A DNA stretch of 64,000 nt from Lytechinus pictus (GCF_037042905.1 NC_087252.1:3598001-3662000); one strand, 5' to 3'. Counted from the first letter of the stretch, positions 39,501 to 51,731 are shown. Notes: a model not told the origin generated them from the letters alone. Made by a program: numbers and translations.

Positions 39501-41931
39501 TGGTGTAGACCAAATTTGTGACAATTTAACACGTGACCTACCTACCTGTTTCATTTTAGCACCGCTGAATGTCGGGGTTAGGATATTTCTTATTTCCTTC
39601 CAGCGCTCGCCCTCAACGATGGAAACCATGCCTCGGAGTTCCTCTGGAATTGACGGAAAGGTCTTAGTGAGGAAGGATGAGAAGATGACAAGAAAGGATA
39701 ATATTAACAAAATATCCATAAGTTGATTCTGCGCGATTCGTCTGTTTTAATTGTATTTATAATTTTTATTACTATTATTATTATTATTATCATTATTATG
39801 ATTATTATTATGATTATATATTATCATCATCATTATTATAATCATCATCATTAGTATTCTCATTATCGTCATTATTATCTTCATCATTATTAGTATCATT
39901 ATCATCGCCATCATCATTATTGTTGTCATTTATTAGTATTCCAACTCGCCACTGCAGGCTAGTGGCTCACCCAACCTCCTTCCTTCCCCGAACCCAACAA
40001 GCCTAGGCCACGTTTCATAAAGACTTACAACCATTGTAACTTTGCCGTTAAGGCAAAACTATGAAAACCAATCAAAATCAAGGTTTCTCTGGTAGTTGCG
40101 AAAATAGCAAAGTTACGATAGTTGTAACGCATTATGAAATGGGCACCTGGACTAGAATGCAAACCCATTCCCGATACCCGGACTTTTCGCATTTACTACG
40201 GAGACACTCTCTACAACGCACCAATCCCTTTAAAAATGCAAGTCAAATCACAATGGAGAGCTGAGGGGCCAAAAGTTGGTGGACAGCAGCGGAATATGTT
40301 GATTCTGGATAACGACATATTTGCAATTGTTCGTCCGGTGCAAATCTTTGGAAGATCTTCTGTCCCAGTGTACCGATTTTCGACAAAGACCTGTCGGCTC
40401 TCAATAGTGATTTAAATCGCATTTTCAGAGGAATCGGATGTGCTGTAGACAGTGTCTCCGTAGTTAATGCGAAAACTCCCTACTTACAACTCTATTGTGG
40501 AAGTTATTGAAGCTTTTGACCAGAAGGTGCCGGAGAATCTCTGGATCAGCGATAACAATGGCGGGGGTGCTGAATGCGTATGTCCTGTACGACAAATTGG
40601 ACAACAACAACATCATTTTGATTAGGTATTTTAATATTTTTTGAAGGGTGGGACTTTTATTAAAAACGTGTCCACCATGCGAGATTTTCATGAAATAACT
40701 TTGATGTTTTATCCGACAGTTGCCACAGGAACTGAGCTTCTCAGCTCATCAAATACAAGGAAAGTGGTCAGTTCGGACAGCTTGTCAGACAACAGATATT
40801 GACGGAAAACTCTCCTGGTGTCAAGTTGGCTTTAGCAATTCCAGAAGGAAGAGAATAATAAACTTATTTTGGTGGGTTTTTTCATGACCGCTAATTTCAT
40901 TTTAATTGTTTTGTTAATTGAAAGAATAAGAAATTAGTATGACATAAACTGAAAGTTTTTAAATGAAGATTTGGCGAAAATTCATCAAAAAAGTTATGGA
41001 TTTTTTATCATAACTTTGTATCTTAATAAGAAATTTATTGTTGTGTTTTGGGGGCTTTTAAAATCGAATTCAGTATGTTCACAGTGATAGGTCTATCATG
41101 GAAATCATTACTCTTCACTTACCCGTACACCTTTCCATACTTTTTCCCCCACTTCTCGAAATTGTGAGGAATTGGCTATATAAAAAAGATGGATATGAAA
41201 TATTAACATTAGCAAGTATCACCCATCCCACATGAGCTAACCGCCTCTACCGTAAGACACACTTATACCATGTATACTTGTAGGCTAAATATCGTCCGAG
41301 TACCGTGGACTTTAACATCTGAAATTCTAACGCCAAGCGTGGACCTGCGTAGATAAAATTTCACTGCTAAATGCAGACAACTCCTATGTATAAAATGTCA
41401 CTCACTTACCGTTTGCTTACCCCTGTACTGCGACATTTTTTTAGGGGGGTCGGGGTTTCATTTTCACTTTATTTACACGCATGCGCAGTCTATTTACCTT
41501 TACAACAGCTTTGGCAACTCTGTTGTACATGTATAATTTCTCCATGCGTGTACTGTATCTAGGCAATAGCTTTGATCTAACTGAGGCATAGCGCTTGTCA
41601 TTGTTCAAAAAACACCTACACCCGATAAAGGAAAGTATAATTGGTATAGTGTCGAAAATCTGTTTATCTGACGGTCAATCGGATCGAGGTCGCCCTTGCC
41701 ACTAACCCGTCTCTGTGGTCTAGTGGTTAAGGCACCGGCGTTCAAAGCTGGGGGTCCGGGTTCGATTCCCGGCAGAGACATTCTTTCTGCATCACCAATT
41801 ATTCCAAAGGGCAGATAGCTATTGGGAACCTTGATTTAAGCTATGCCTACCATTGTTCTCTTCATCCATTTCTTTCACAACATATTTAGATAAAAGCTAT
41901 TGTACTGTACATGTATAATTTCTCACAGAGG

Positions 41932-41966
<35 letters not shown>

Positions 41967-44900
41967 GGGTGTGTGTGTGTATGTATACACAACAAAAAAA
42001 GTAAGTCCCCCCTAAATCAAATTGCTGTAACTTTTGAACGGAATTATTTTGAGATATGATATTTCGTAGGTGGTTTTTTACACTCATTAAGCAACCTCTG
42101 GGGAAAAATGAGATTGATCAGTTGAGTCATGCATGAGTAATTAAAGATTGAATTAAAAATGACAATTTTTGAAAGTCACAAGAGTCGTTTTTTCAGATTG
42201 TGCAAATACAAAGCTGGGCAAAAGTTGTTTTTAGGTGAATTTTATGGTGTTAATGCTGTTTTACTATCCATCATTTAGCCACTCCACACACAATTTTGAT
42301 ATCGTATGTTCATGGTTGAGTGAGCACAATAATGCACGGGCCGCGGGGGGGGGGGCTCAGCCCCCACTTTTTTCCAAAAGCATGTACGAAAATGTAAAAA
42401 TGACCATACGATTGTGATTTTTTGCATGGTCAGCCCCCCCCCCCCCCCCCCCACTTTGAAAACCGTTCCGCGGCCCCTGTATAGTGACGTATCATCAAAA
42501 GGGTTTATAGTAGTATCCTCTACAACTTGTTAGATCATGTTAAAATTTGAAAATGTTGGTGGCTCCCCCGATTATAGGCCCCTCCCCCATTTTAAAATTC
42601 TGGATCCACCACTGATTTGTCCATAAATTAAACTGATCATGAGAATTTGTAAGAAAAATACATTTATGCAGTATAAAGAGTATTCATTCCTAAGTTTTCG
42701 AATGTGCTCGCTCAACCATGAAAATTTTAAAACTTCGGAAAGTGTGTGGTGATAGAAATGATGGATGATAAAAACAACAGCAATTAAAGTCACATTTGAA
42801 ACCGAATTTGCCCCCAATATTCACTTTATTACCATTTAAAATGGGTCTGTGACATTGAAAATACCCAACTTCCCACTTTGATGTGTGCTCACTCATCCAT
42901 AAATAAACAAATCGATTTCATTTTTGCACAGAATTCTGCCCATAGGTTGATCAACATTACTGCCAAATGACATTGCTAAAGACAGCCTTGAAAAAAGTTC
43001 CACCACATTGAATAGGGGGTTACTTATTCTTAATTATATGCACCCATAGTGTACACAAGTCTATGAGAGAGGAAGTCATCATTTTAACAAATATGAAATG
43101 AGGGTTTGTTTCATGGACGGTTTTTGTTACTTCTGCCAACAGTTATTTCATGAAACTTCGCACATGGCTGCAGTGTAACACTATCCAAAATGTGCGCACA
43201 CCAAAATAACCATTTGATACGGCACAGAGTGGGGCCAGGGCCTTGAACTTTCTTCTCATTTGCATAATTTTCGAATATTGTGTGCTCACTGATGCATTAA
43301 ACATCGGGATTTTCATAAAAATCAAATCAAATGAACCATGCAAGGAGGTTTGTAATAGATATCCATAGTTACAAATTGCATTTTTTCCAATAACGTAAAA
43401 AAAAAGCTAATCACATTCCAAATGTTCATTCAAGTGTGAATGTTTAATTTAACGCCTTTGAATCATTGAAGCATGTTTATTGGTCATGAACATAACGAAA
43501 AAGTTGAGAAAAGATCATTTTCAGTTACCAAAATGAAACAATACTTGCCTATGATATTTGAAAATCGTATCTTTTGTTTTCAATAAATGTTCATTGAACC
43601 GTGAAACAATGAATATTATTGAAGATACTCTTCCCAAAAATAACTGTCATCATATTCTATCATTTTTATTGATAGAAATGTGTAAAAATCCAATTATAGC
43701 AAATTTGGACTTGTGTTCATTCAACCGTGAAATTTAGCCAGAAAAGTTGTATCGTCTTTTAGAAAGTACCTTTTACAAGCCTTCTGACTATTTTTCATGA
43801 TGAGAATGTGGAATTAGTTCCAATAAAAATGGAATCAAAGTCATGATATTTGGCGTGTGACTTTTGAAAAGTGACATTTTTGCCTTCTGACGGTGCTCAC
43901 TGAAGCATGACATAAAATACTCCATAACATTTACTCAGAGGGTAGCCTATAAAATTACCTACACGCTCATGTAAAAATATATTAAAAACTCGCATTGGTT
44001 CGGAAATTATTGATGTTTGTTTAAGGGGGGACTTACTTGTTTTGTTGTGTATATATCCAGTCTTACAAAGAGTTGTGATTGATCAAAAAACGTAAATTAT
44101 ATGGAAATCCCTCATCATAATCATCATTTTCCCAGTGGACAGCGATGAATGCATGAGTGTCCATCATATCTAGAAGTTTCTTTGAACAAACATGCATTTT
44201 AGATGTTGACACAGCTGGCTTTCCATAGTTGTGATTGATCGAATCAATCTTAACTTTTTGCAAGATGGGACCCAGACCTACCGATGTAAAGATTGGATTT
44301 CCAAACAGAGGAAGAGCAGGTTCGTAAGGCACTCCTCGCCTCTTCCAATAGCTGTGTGTCCAGAAGGTGGTGTACCTGGTCACAAATCAAAATTAATAAT
44401 ATAACGATAATTAAAAAAACTGACACTGATGGTCCTGGTGACGATGATGATGATGATGATGATGTGGATGATGAAAGATGATGATGATGATAAATGATGA
44501 CGATGGTAATGAATTGGCCAGGTACTAGTTTAATGGATCAGATCAATTTAAATATATGAATATGACTAGTGGCATTAATAAGCCATGCATCCTAATGGCA
44601 TTTATGTAGCAATATACATTGAGCCATCTGAACAAATTCATATTGATAATTATAATAATAATAATAATAATAACAACAATGATAATAATAATAATAACAA
44701 TATATATGAACTATATAGGGTCTTTTCCATTTTGATTAAATGTTCAAGGCGCTTGAAAAACAGCAAAAGCAAAAAGTAAAAATTAAGTACAAGGAAAAGT
44801 AAATTACAATAGAGGAAAATGTATGTCTTCAAACCTAGTACCTGCTGGTGTACAAATACAATTCATGTCGAATTCCGTATTTGGACATTTGTTTTAATTA

Positions 44901-47900
44901 TCATACTCTGCGGTCATAAAAATGCTGGAATGCACTCGGAAGATTCGATAACGTGACACTCTGATATTCTTCTGTTATCATTCATTCCATGACGATAGAT
45001 ATGTCAAAGCGAACCATAGATCACCTAGCAAAGCCCTGAATATTGTCGTACTTTGGTCTAGCTCCCAACTCTTCTGTATTTACCCCCCCCCCCATCACCA
45101 TCCCCAACTGCCTGTCGACGTTTTCATGTCTGGACGCAGCACGCAGGTGCGTAGCAATTAACTGTTTGGAAAGTGACCCCACCCATACCAGCCTCCAACA
45201 ACTCCCCAGATTATGACACAAAGTAAAACAATTTTTTAAATTTACACATTGTTTTTAAACATGTTAAACCTTACAGTAGTTGTTTATCAGATTAAATGTC
45301 AATGTTTAGCGCATGGAAGAATAGATATTAAGATTTTAAACACATGTTTTAACTGTGATTCATTACGGTAAAAGTTCATATAGTAAAGAGTGTTGTATAA
45401 GAATAAATGTAAAGCATCAATTATTGTATAAATACATATCTACGGATTCAGGTCACTTCTGTGTTGGGCTTGGATCCTGAACTGGACGGCCTTTATTAAT
45501 GCACGAGATTTCCTTGGCAATGCCAGGAAATCCCTATTGATTTCATTCAACAAAGGGGATTTACCAGAGGAATATCAAAACATTGATATCGTTAAAGGGG
45601 TACTCCTGGCTGAATATCCAGATATAATGCATGTACAATTTATGGTCAAAATGCAGAAGATCTCATTTACATCATATAACAAAATAGCAAAGTTATTAAA
45701 TTCTAAATGTTGTTAAAACTTTAAGAAAAAGAAAACAATCAATATAGTTTATTAAGTTATCACATCTCACTGATATTGTTCATATTTTCGCCTTTTAACC
45801 CTAAAAAGACTGGGGAGGGGGGCTGATTCAGCCCCCCCCCCCCCCTCAACATTTTCGCGATGAATCAGCCGCTCGAAATATTTTGACCGCGTCGCTCGCT
45901 GACTTTTTACTTTCAAGTCTCGCGCAACTTTTGAGACGAGAATTGTGACCCCCAGGTACGCGGTTTCGAAATTACGCAACATTTTGTAAGTGCGTGCAGT
46001 CCCAAAATTACTCAAAAACGTGAATTTGTGTACAAATCCAATGCAAATAGTGTTTTAGCCAAAATTCATAAAATGTATCATTATTTTTGCTTTTACTGCT
46101 TAAAATCAATTGATTTTATCTTGTTTATGGTCAAAATAATGTCCCCGACAATTTCCATTGAAAAAACAATCCAAAAAAAAAGTCGAAAAACAAAGAAATA
46201 CATAAGAAATTTAGAAAACAATAGAATACATAAGAAAATAAATGTGATATTGAAATTTTTGAAAAATAAATTTGATCAGATGCCTATCTAGAGTATGTGG
46301 AACAAAAATTAGCTTTTAGGGGCATTATTTTATTAATTAGAGCAAACTTATGATTTTACGCATAAATTAGCATAATTAATGAGCAATGAGATTTTTCGCA
46401 GAATTTGATATTATAGTTTTGTAGATAATGCCATGGGTAACGCGCTTGCCAATTTTCGTCGCGATCGCGCGATCGACGGCCGAGATCATAAGGGGGGTGA
46501 ATCCGCCCCCCCCCCCCCCCCCGTCTTCTTAGGCGTCGAAGAGCTAAAGTTTGATGACATTGGAGGCCTATTGTCCTTTTCCCACAGCAGCAAATGCACG
46601 ACTACCCAGGCACAAAGACCATTATGTCAAAGGTCCAAATGATTATCATAAACATATTTATTATACCAGTGTAAACAGTGCACAATGGCGCAACACAACG
46701 GGTCCTCAAGACCTAATCAAATAACATATTGCAGCGTAAAACGCATTTGAACATGTTGAAACACTACTTGTAACCTTTGCTAACAAATGTCATATACACT
46801 GCAAAAACATCGGTGTCAATTTAACACCATCCGATATCTTTATCGGAAAACACCAGCGAAGTTTTGGAATAACATGAGTTTATAATCAAACCGATATTGT
46901 TCTAACACTCATCGGTGTTGCTTGAATTCATATCTGGTGTTAGCCTAGAGCCAATCCGGTGTTGTTTCAACATCTCTCTGGTGTTTTCCGATATAGGTAC
47001 CAGACTGGTGTTAAATTAACATTCCGGCAGGGCCTTGGGAACGATTTTTCAATAGGGGATGCTGGTTGAAAGAAAAAATTGACAATTTCTACTTTATAAA
47101 ACACCTATCTGATTTCCAGGGGGGTGCTTCCACTGGTATATAACACGCCCAGCACCCCCGCTCCCCAGGGCCATGAGGGGAAGCGGCTTAGGGTTGGGAA
47201 CCATTGACACCCTTCCCTTACGATTACTCATAATCATGGTCGTGATGGAAAAATGCATCTTCTCTATTTGTATACAGCAACAAAATAGAGAGAAAAAAAT
47301 TGTATTAGGTTGGACAATTTTTCCCGGTCTGGAAATTCAACCATTTCTGATATCATCATAAACCATTAGGTCTCGGAACTCTCCACAGATTGCTTCAACC
47401 ATTTTCCCATCTATTCAATGAAAATCAAGCGGTACTCTTGGGGAAAACAATAATATATCTATCAAAATCGATGAAATTCAGGTACTGGAAATATCTATTT
47501 TAATAACATTTACAAAGGTTTACTGGGTGAAAAATCAATAGTACCAGTTCGGATTGAATGTACATCTTCAAAGACATAGTACTCAACATAATAATGCGAT
47601 GAATAAGAGTGGGAAAAGAGTTGCTCTTTCAAGTGTAAAGGACCTCGGAAAACTTGATCAATTGAAGGAATGAGACAACAATATCAATCAAATTCACTGA
47701 ACTGTAATACTTGGTCTGCTTGAGCACACAGGCGAATTCCTGTTTACTATTTGCTTTAAATTGCACTATTAAATATACGATTTGTTTTTAATAACGTTAA
47801 TCACTAGAACTTGGTTCTTATTTTATTGAATATTTGTATAAAATTACATTCATTACTTACACGTAATACTTTTCACTTGTTTTGAAGTGTGACAATTTAC

Positions 47901-50900
47901 ATTTTATTGTTATTGTTGCTGTTGCTATTTTGCACATATTCGGGTTTTTCATGTATATATATTTGATAATTAAAATGATTAATGTATATAAATTGCTTAG
48001 AGTGGAGGAAGTAAAATCTCAACCTAATTTCAACATAAGATTTAATGATTAAATACCCATGTTCAATTTGTAATAAATCTGTTAAAATAAATCAAAAGGC
48101 TTTGTTATGCACTGTATGTTCACAGTGGGTGCATATAGTTTGTGGCGGGGTCTCAAGAGAGACCTATGATTCAGATGAACTGTTTGAAAATTGGCAGTGC
48201 CCGAAATGTGTTCTCCAAAGTGTATTACCTTTTTGGAATGATCCTGATCTATCTACTGAAGTCGTGTATAACTGTAATAATATTTCTGTCGACGCACATG
48301 ATGATAGGTCAACCGAAACTAATGATTTTGCTCTAAAAGATATTAAAGGTATAAAATTAGCTCATCTTAATGTCAGAAGCATTGTTAATAAAGTTGCTGA
48401 TTTACAATGTTGGCTGAATAATAACCCTTATGATCTACTAGGAGTGTCAGAAACATGGTTAACAAAAGAACATTCTGATAGCTTGATTTCTGTTAAAGGT
48501 TATAAGTTTGAGAGGAAGGATAGATGTACTCATGGAGGTGGAGTGGGATGTTTTATATCAGAAAATTTATCGTATATAAGGAGATTGGATCTTGAATCTG
48601 TTGCCTTAGAAATAATTTGGTTGGAGTTGCAACGTAGCAATAGTAGCTCATTATTTATTGGTATATTGTATAGAAAACCGGATAATCATTTAGATTTTTT
48701 TGACAGTCTTGAAAGTAATCTTGAGAAATTGTATACAGTTACAAACAACGTCATCCTTCTTGGTGATTTTAACTGTAATATGCAAACCATAAATAATCTT
48801 TCTAGAAAAGTTTCCAGTCTCCTTACTACAATGCAAATGACACAGGTTATATCTGAACCCACTAGAATTTCACCACATAGCCAGTCAGTAATCGATTTGG
48901 TATGTATTTCTGATGCACTTGTTGACAATATTATTAAGTCAGGAGTGCAGTCAGCTGGACTTAGTGATCACTCTGTGATTTTTACTGCAATTAAAGGGAA
49001 ACATCAATCCCTTTCTCCGAAAATAACTAAATGTCGTTCATTCAAGTACTTTGACAGTGAGAAATTTAAAGATGATGTAAGGAAAGTTGATTGGCATGAG
49101 TTTTATTCCTGTGGGACTGACGTTGAAAAATTGTGGCACTATTTTAAAAACACACTCCTGGACATTTGTGACAGGCATGCCCCCGTGATATCAGTGCGGC
49201 AAAAACAAAGAGGGGTACCTTGGATAAATGATGATTTTTTGGTGTTAGCACGCGAAAGGGATTATTATCGAAAGCAATTTAGAAAAACAAGATTAATTTA
49301 TTGGTGGAATAAATTTCAGTTTTCCCGTAACAGAGCTAATAACTTGATTAAAAATTTGAAAAAGAAGTATTATCAGGACAAATTTAAGGACTGCGAAAAT
49401 GACATAAAAAAGAACTGGAACATTTTATCGAAGCTTATACCTAAGAAAAATAAAACCACGAGTCATGATGTTAAATTAACAATTGATAATGATCAAATAC
49501 CTAACAATGAAATAGCTCACGTTCTAAACAAAGCCTTTAATGAAGTCGGCTCAAGGTTGCAAGCCGCTTCGGGTAATTTCTCGAAAGATTTATTAAACAA
49601 TTTACAAACTCTGTTTATTCCAGATTGTGAATTTAAATTTTATGCAATCAAAAAGGAGTATGTTTTGAAAGAACTATTACATATTGATTGTTCGAAAGCG
49701 GTCGGAGTAGATGGCATTCACCCTAAGTTTCTTAAGCTGGCAGCAGAGAGTATAGATGGCCCTTTAACCCATTTATTTAATGCAACTTTACAAACTAGTG
49801 TTATTCCAGAAGATTTTAAAACAGCAAGAATTACTCCTGTACATAAGGGAGGATCATTTGATATTGACAGTTATAGACCAATTTCTGTGCTTCCAGTCCT
49901 GTCCAAAATACTAGAGAGAGCAATACATGATCAATTGTATAAGTACTTAAATGTGAATGATCTACTTGCAAATTGTCAGTCTGGCTTCAGACCGTCTTAT
50001 TCTACTGCCACTTGTCTAACTGAGATTACAGACTTTTTGTTTGATAAAATGGACCGAAAACATGTTACTGGTGGTATTTTCTTGGACTTACGCAAAGCTT
50101 TTAATGTTATTCCTCACAATTTTATACTTGCAAAACTTAAGTACTATGGTATTACTGGCAATGAATACAACTGGATGGAATCGTATTTAACAGACAGAAG
50201 GCAATTTGTAATGATTAACAGTTGTCGCAGTGAATTTTTGAAGATAAAATCAGGTGTCCCACAAGGATCTATACTGGGTCCATTGATATTTTGTATTTTT
50301 ATTAATGACATGTGTAATTTGAAATTGCATGTACATTCTAAAATGTCTCTTTATGCTGATGATACCGCCATTTTTAATCACGGTGAATCAATTAAGGAGG
50401 TACAAAAGTATTTGCAAGATGATTTTGATTCAATAAGTAAATGGCTAGACTTAAATAATATGCATTTACACCCGCAAAAAACAAAAGCCATGGTATTTGG
50501 TCAAAAGAAAAAGTTGAGGGGTGCTCATTTGTCAGTGAAATTCAGGAACATACAATTAGAAAATGTAAAAAAGATTAAATACTTAGGTGTCATGCTCGAT
50601 CCGGGCTTGACTTGGTGCGAACATATTACTAATATCGTTTGTAAAATATCTCGGGCAATAGGTTGTGTAAGGCGGATTAAGCACTTACTGTCCTTTGATA
50701 TTATGAAGAAGCTGTACTTTTCTATGATTTTACCTTACATTGATTACTGTATTACATCTTGGGGAAGCAGTGCAAAAATACATTTAGATAAGATACAAAA
50801 ACTTCAAAATAAATATGCCAGAATGCTTTTGAAAAAAGATTATAATACATCACAAATTTCTTTGTTGCAGTCACTGAAGTGGCAATCAGTAGATCAGCGT

Positions 50901-51731
50901 ATAAAATATCAGTATTGTGTTCTTGTATATAAAATAATGAATGATTTAGTTCCAAATTATTTAAAACCTTTAGTATGTAAACGGCCCGTGAAATACAGGA
51001 CACGGTATTCTTTACGATGCCCCCTTCAGCTTCCCAAAGCTAGAATTGAACATAAAAGAAAATCTTTCGCATATGTCGGACCCAAATTATTTAATGCACT
51101 TCCTTCAAATTTACAAGTTTGTACCTCCTTGTTAGTTTTTAAAAAATTATGCAAAGCCTTTCATACGAATTGATAAAGAGCGAAATGATATTCCATTGAT
51201 TTACAATGCTATGTATGTTTAAATTGTCACTTCCCACTCTATATTTTGGTGTTAATTGTTTCTGATGTTAGATATTTTGTATTTTGTATTTTTGATGTTG
51301 TTTGTTGTTGTTGTTCATAGTTATCTTGACATGTATTTTAAACTGCAGGGCGCCTTTGTAAAGCAGTTTTAAGAACTGAACAGGCCTACCCTGCAGTATA
51401 AAATAAATAAAACAAAATAAATAAATAAATAAATAATGAAAATTAAATAATGTAGGAATTTATAATGAATTTCAACTCTCAACTACATATAATATATAAA
51501 TATTCTGACAGTCTGCCTTTGGTAATAACTCTTTTGTCGGTCTGGAGTAGGTTAGCAAATCAGAATCTGTATTTCTCTTTTATGATGAACACAAAAATCA
51601 TAATAAGTTCCTTTCCATTTATCCAAACTTCTGCTCAAGACTTACCCAACGTAGAGGACAAGGAGTCCGAGGGTGAACATGGCCAAGAGCCATGTCAATG
51701 ACATCGGGAATCCCATAAACTCGATCTCCAT
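31353..51731 (-). CDS. Cytochrome P450 clan 3 (CYP3/CYP5-like), copy C, complete 13-exon gene, 542 aa
   Basis: Exons 51646-51731, 44282-44375, 41123-41175, 40488-40584, 39546-39662, 38955-39043, 38106-38254, 37019-37161, 35903-36091, 34640-34860, 33634-33771, 33149-33311, 31353-31442 sum to 1629 nt. Contains AGSETTT, ETLR, PERF and [11 protein letters not shown]. Confidence 0.95.
32150..33085. repeat. Degenerate minisatellite built from ACACTGTG(A/G)A-type units, intron 12 of copy C
   Basis: Dozens of acactgtgaac / acattgtgaag / acactgtggat variants; source of the spurious CSQCVHSVF ORFs. Confidence 0.95.
34030..34110 (+). mobile_element. tRNA-derived SINE head, degenerate
   Basis: GCAGTGGTTAGAGCATTGGACTCACAATCGCAAGGTTGTGAGTTCGAATTCC gives A/B boxes; acceptor stem does not pair. 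Confidence 0.5.
34224..34510 (+). mobile_element. tRNA-derived SINE, full length
   Basis: A box TGGCCCAGTGG, B box GGTTCAAATCC, core CACTCGACCCAGGTG..AAATGGGTAC, LINE-like 3' stem-loop, (ATT)n tail. Confidence 0.85.
35620..35783. mobile_element. PIF/Harbinger-like MITE, TAA TSD
   Basis: TIRs of about 50 bp, TACCTCAGTCACA... / ...TGTGACTGAGGTA, flanked by TAA on both sides. Confidence 0.8.
41220..41930. mobile_element. Dispersed repeat carrying the TCA tRNA-like gene; related pieces at 4074-4152 and 9762-9825/12102-12172
   Basis: The segment AAGAAATGGATGAAGAGAACAATGGTAGG..TCAAGGTTCCC..TTGGTGATGC and the TATACATGTACAACAGCTT motif recur at the other loci, which lie next to (TA)n tracts. Left boundary uncertain. 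Confidence 0.6.
41709..41780 (+). tRNA. tRNA-like gene with TCA anticodon (opal-suppressor-like cloverleaf) embedded in a dispersed repeat
   Basis: GTCTCTG-TG-GTCT-AGTGGTTA-AGGC-A-CCGGC-GT[TCA]AA-GCTGG-GGGT-CCGGG-TTCGATT-CCCGG-CAGAGAC-A: 72 nt, all four stems pair (G-U allowed), A and B boxes intact. Confidence 0.7.
41988..44049. mobile_element. Non-autonomous Tc1/mariner-like element, about 2.1 kb, TA TSD
   Basis: TIRs CACAACAAAAAAAGTAAGTCCCCC / GGGGGACTTACTTGTTTTGTTGTG flanked by TA; no transposase ORF; nested MITE near 42337-42479. Confidence 0.7.
45796..46548. mobile_element. Probable piggyBac-like non-autonomous element inside a Kolobok-like relic
   Basis: Starts TTAA-CCCT; GGGGGGCTGATTCAGCCCCCC-type hairpins near both ends; right end degenerate. 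Confidence 0.4.
47597..51438 (+). mobile_element. 5'-truncated CR1/L2-group (Crack/Daphne-like) LINE, antisense in intron 1 of CYP copy C
   Basis: ORF2 above; 3' UTR ends in a CAGGG...CCCTG stem-loop (51345-51393) then an (AAAT)n tail. Short upstream frame [24 protein letters not shown] could be an ORF1 C-terminal remnant. Candidate 7-bp TSD AATAATG at 47590-47596 and 51432-51438 is tentative, so the 5' boundary is uncertain. Confidence 0.85.
48045..51173 (+). CDS. Non-LTR retrotransposon ORF2: PHD finger + AP endonuclease + reverse transcriptase (CR1/L2-group LINE)
   Basis: 1042-aa uninterrupted ORF. N-terminal C4HC3 (CSIC..CTVC..H..C..CPKC); APE motifs HLNVRS, SETWL, GDFN, SDH; RT motifs [32 protein letters not shown]. 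Confidence 0.96.
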   Translation: MIKYPCSICNKSVKINQKALLCTVCSQWVHIVCGGVSRETYDSDELFENWQCPKCVLQSVLPFWNDPDLSTEVVYNCNNISVDAHDDRSTETNDFALKDIKGIKLAHLNVRSIVNKVADLQCWLNNNPYDLLGVSETWLTKEHSDSLISVKGYKFERKDRCTHGGGVGCFISENLSYIRRLDLESVALEIIWLELQRSNSSSLFIGILYRKPDNHLDFFDSLESNLEKLYTVTNNVILLGDFNCNMQTINNLSRKVSSLLTTMQMTQVISEPTRISPHSQSVIDLVCISDALVDNIIKSGVQSAGLSDHSVIFTAIKGKHQSLSPKITKCRSFKYFDSEKFKDDVRKVDWHEFYSCGTDVEKLWHYFKNTLLDICDRHAPVISVRQKQRGVPWINDDFLVLARERDYYRKQFRKTRLIYWWNKFQFSRNRANNLIKNLKKKYYQDKFKDCENDIKKNWNILSKLIPKKNKTTSHDVKLTIDNDQIPNNEIAHVLNKAFNEVGSRLQAASGNFSKDLLNNLQTLFIPDCEFKFYAIKKEYVLKELLHIDCSKAVGVDGIHPKFLKLAAESIDGPLTHLFNATLQTSVIPEDFKTARITPVHKGGSFDIDSYRPISVLPVLSKILERAIHDQLYKYLNVNDLLANCQSGFRPSYSTATCLTEITDFLFDKMDRKHVTGGIFLDLRKAFNVIPHNFILAKLKYYGITGNEYNWMESYLTDRRQFVMINSCRSEFLKIKSGVPQGSILGPLIFCIFINDMCNLKLHVHSKMSLYADDTAIFNHGESIKEVQKYLQDDFDSISKWLDLNNMHLHPQKTKAMVFGQKKKLRGAHLSVKFRNIQLENVKKIKYLGVMLDPGLTWCEHITNIVCKISRAIGCVRRIKHLLSFDIMKKLYFSMILPYIDYCITSWGSSAKIHLDKIQKLQNKYARMLLKKDYNTSQISLLQSLKWQSVDQRIKYQYCVLVYKIMNDLVPNYLKPLVCKRPVKYRTRYSLRCPLQLPKARIEHKRKSFAYVGPKLFNALPSNLQVCTSLLVFKKLCKAFHTN

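Noticed and set aside
41709..41780. Canonical selenocysteine tRNA
   Set aside because: 72 nt with a 4-nt variable loop and 7/5 stems; eukaryotic tRNA-Sec has a long variable arm and 9/4 geometry.
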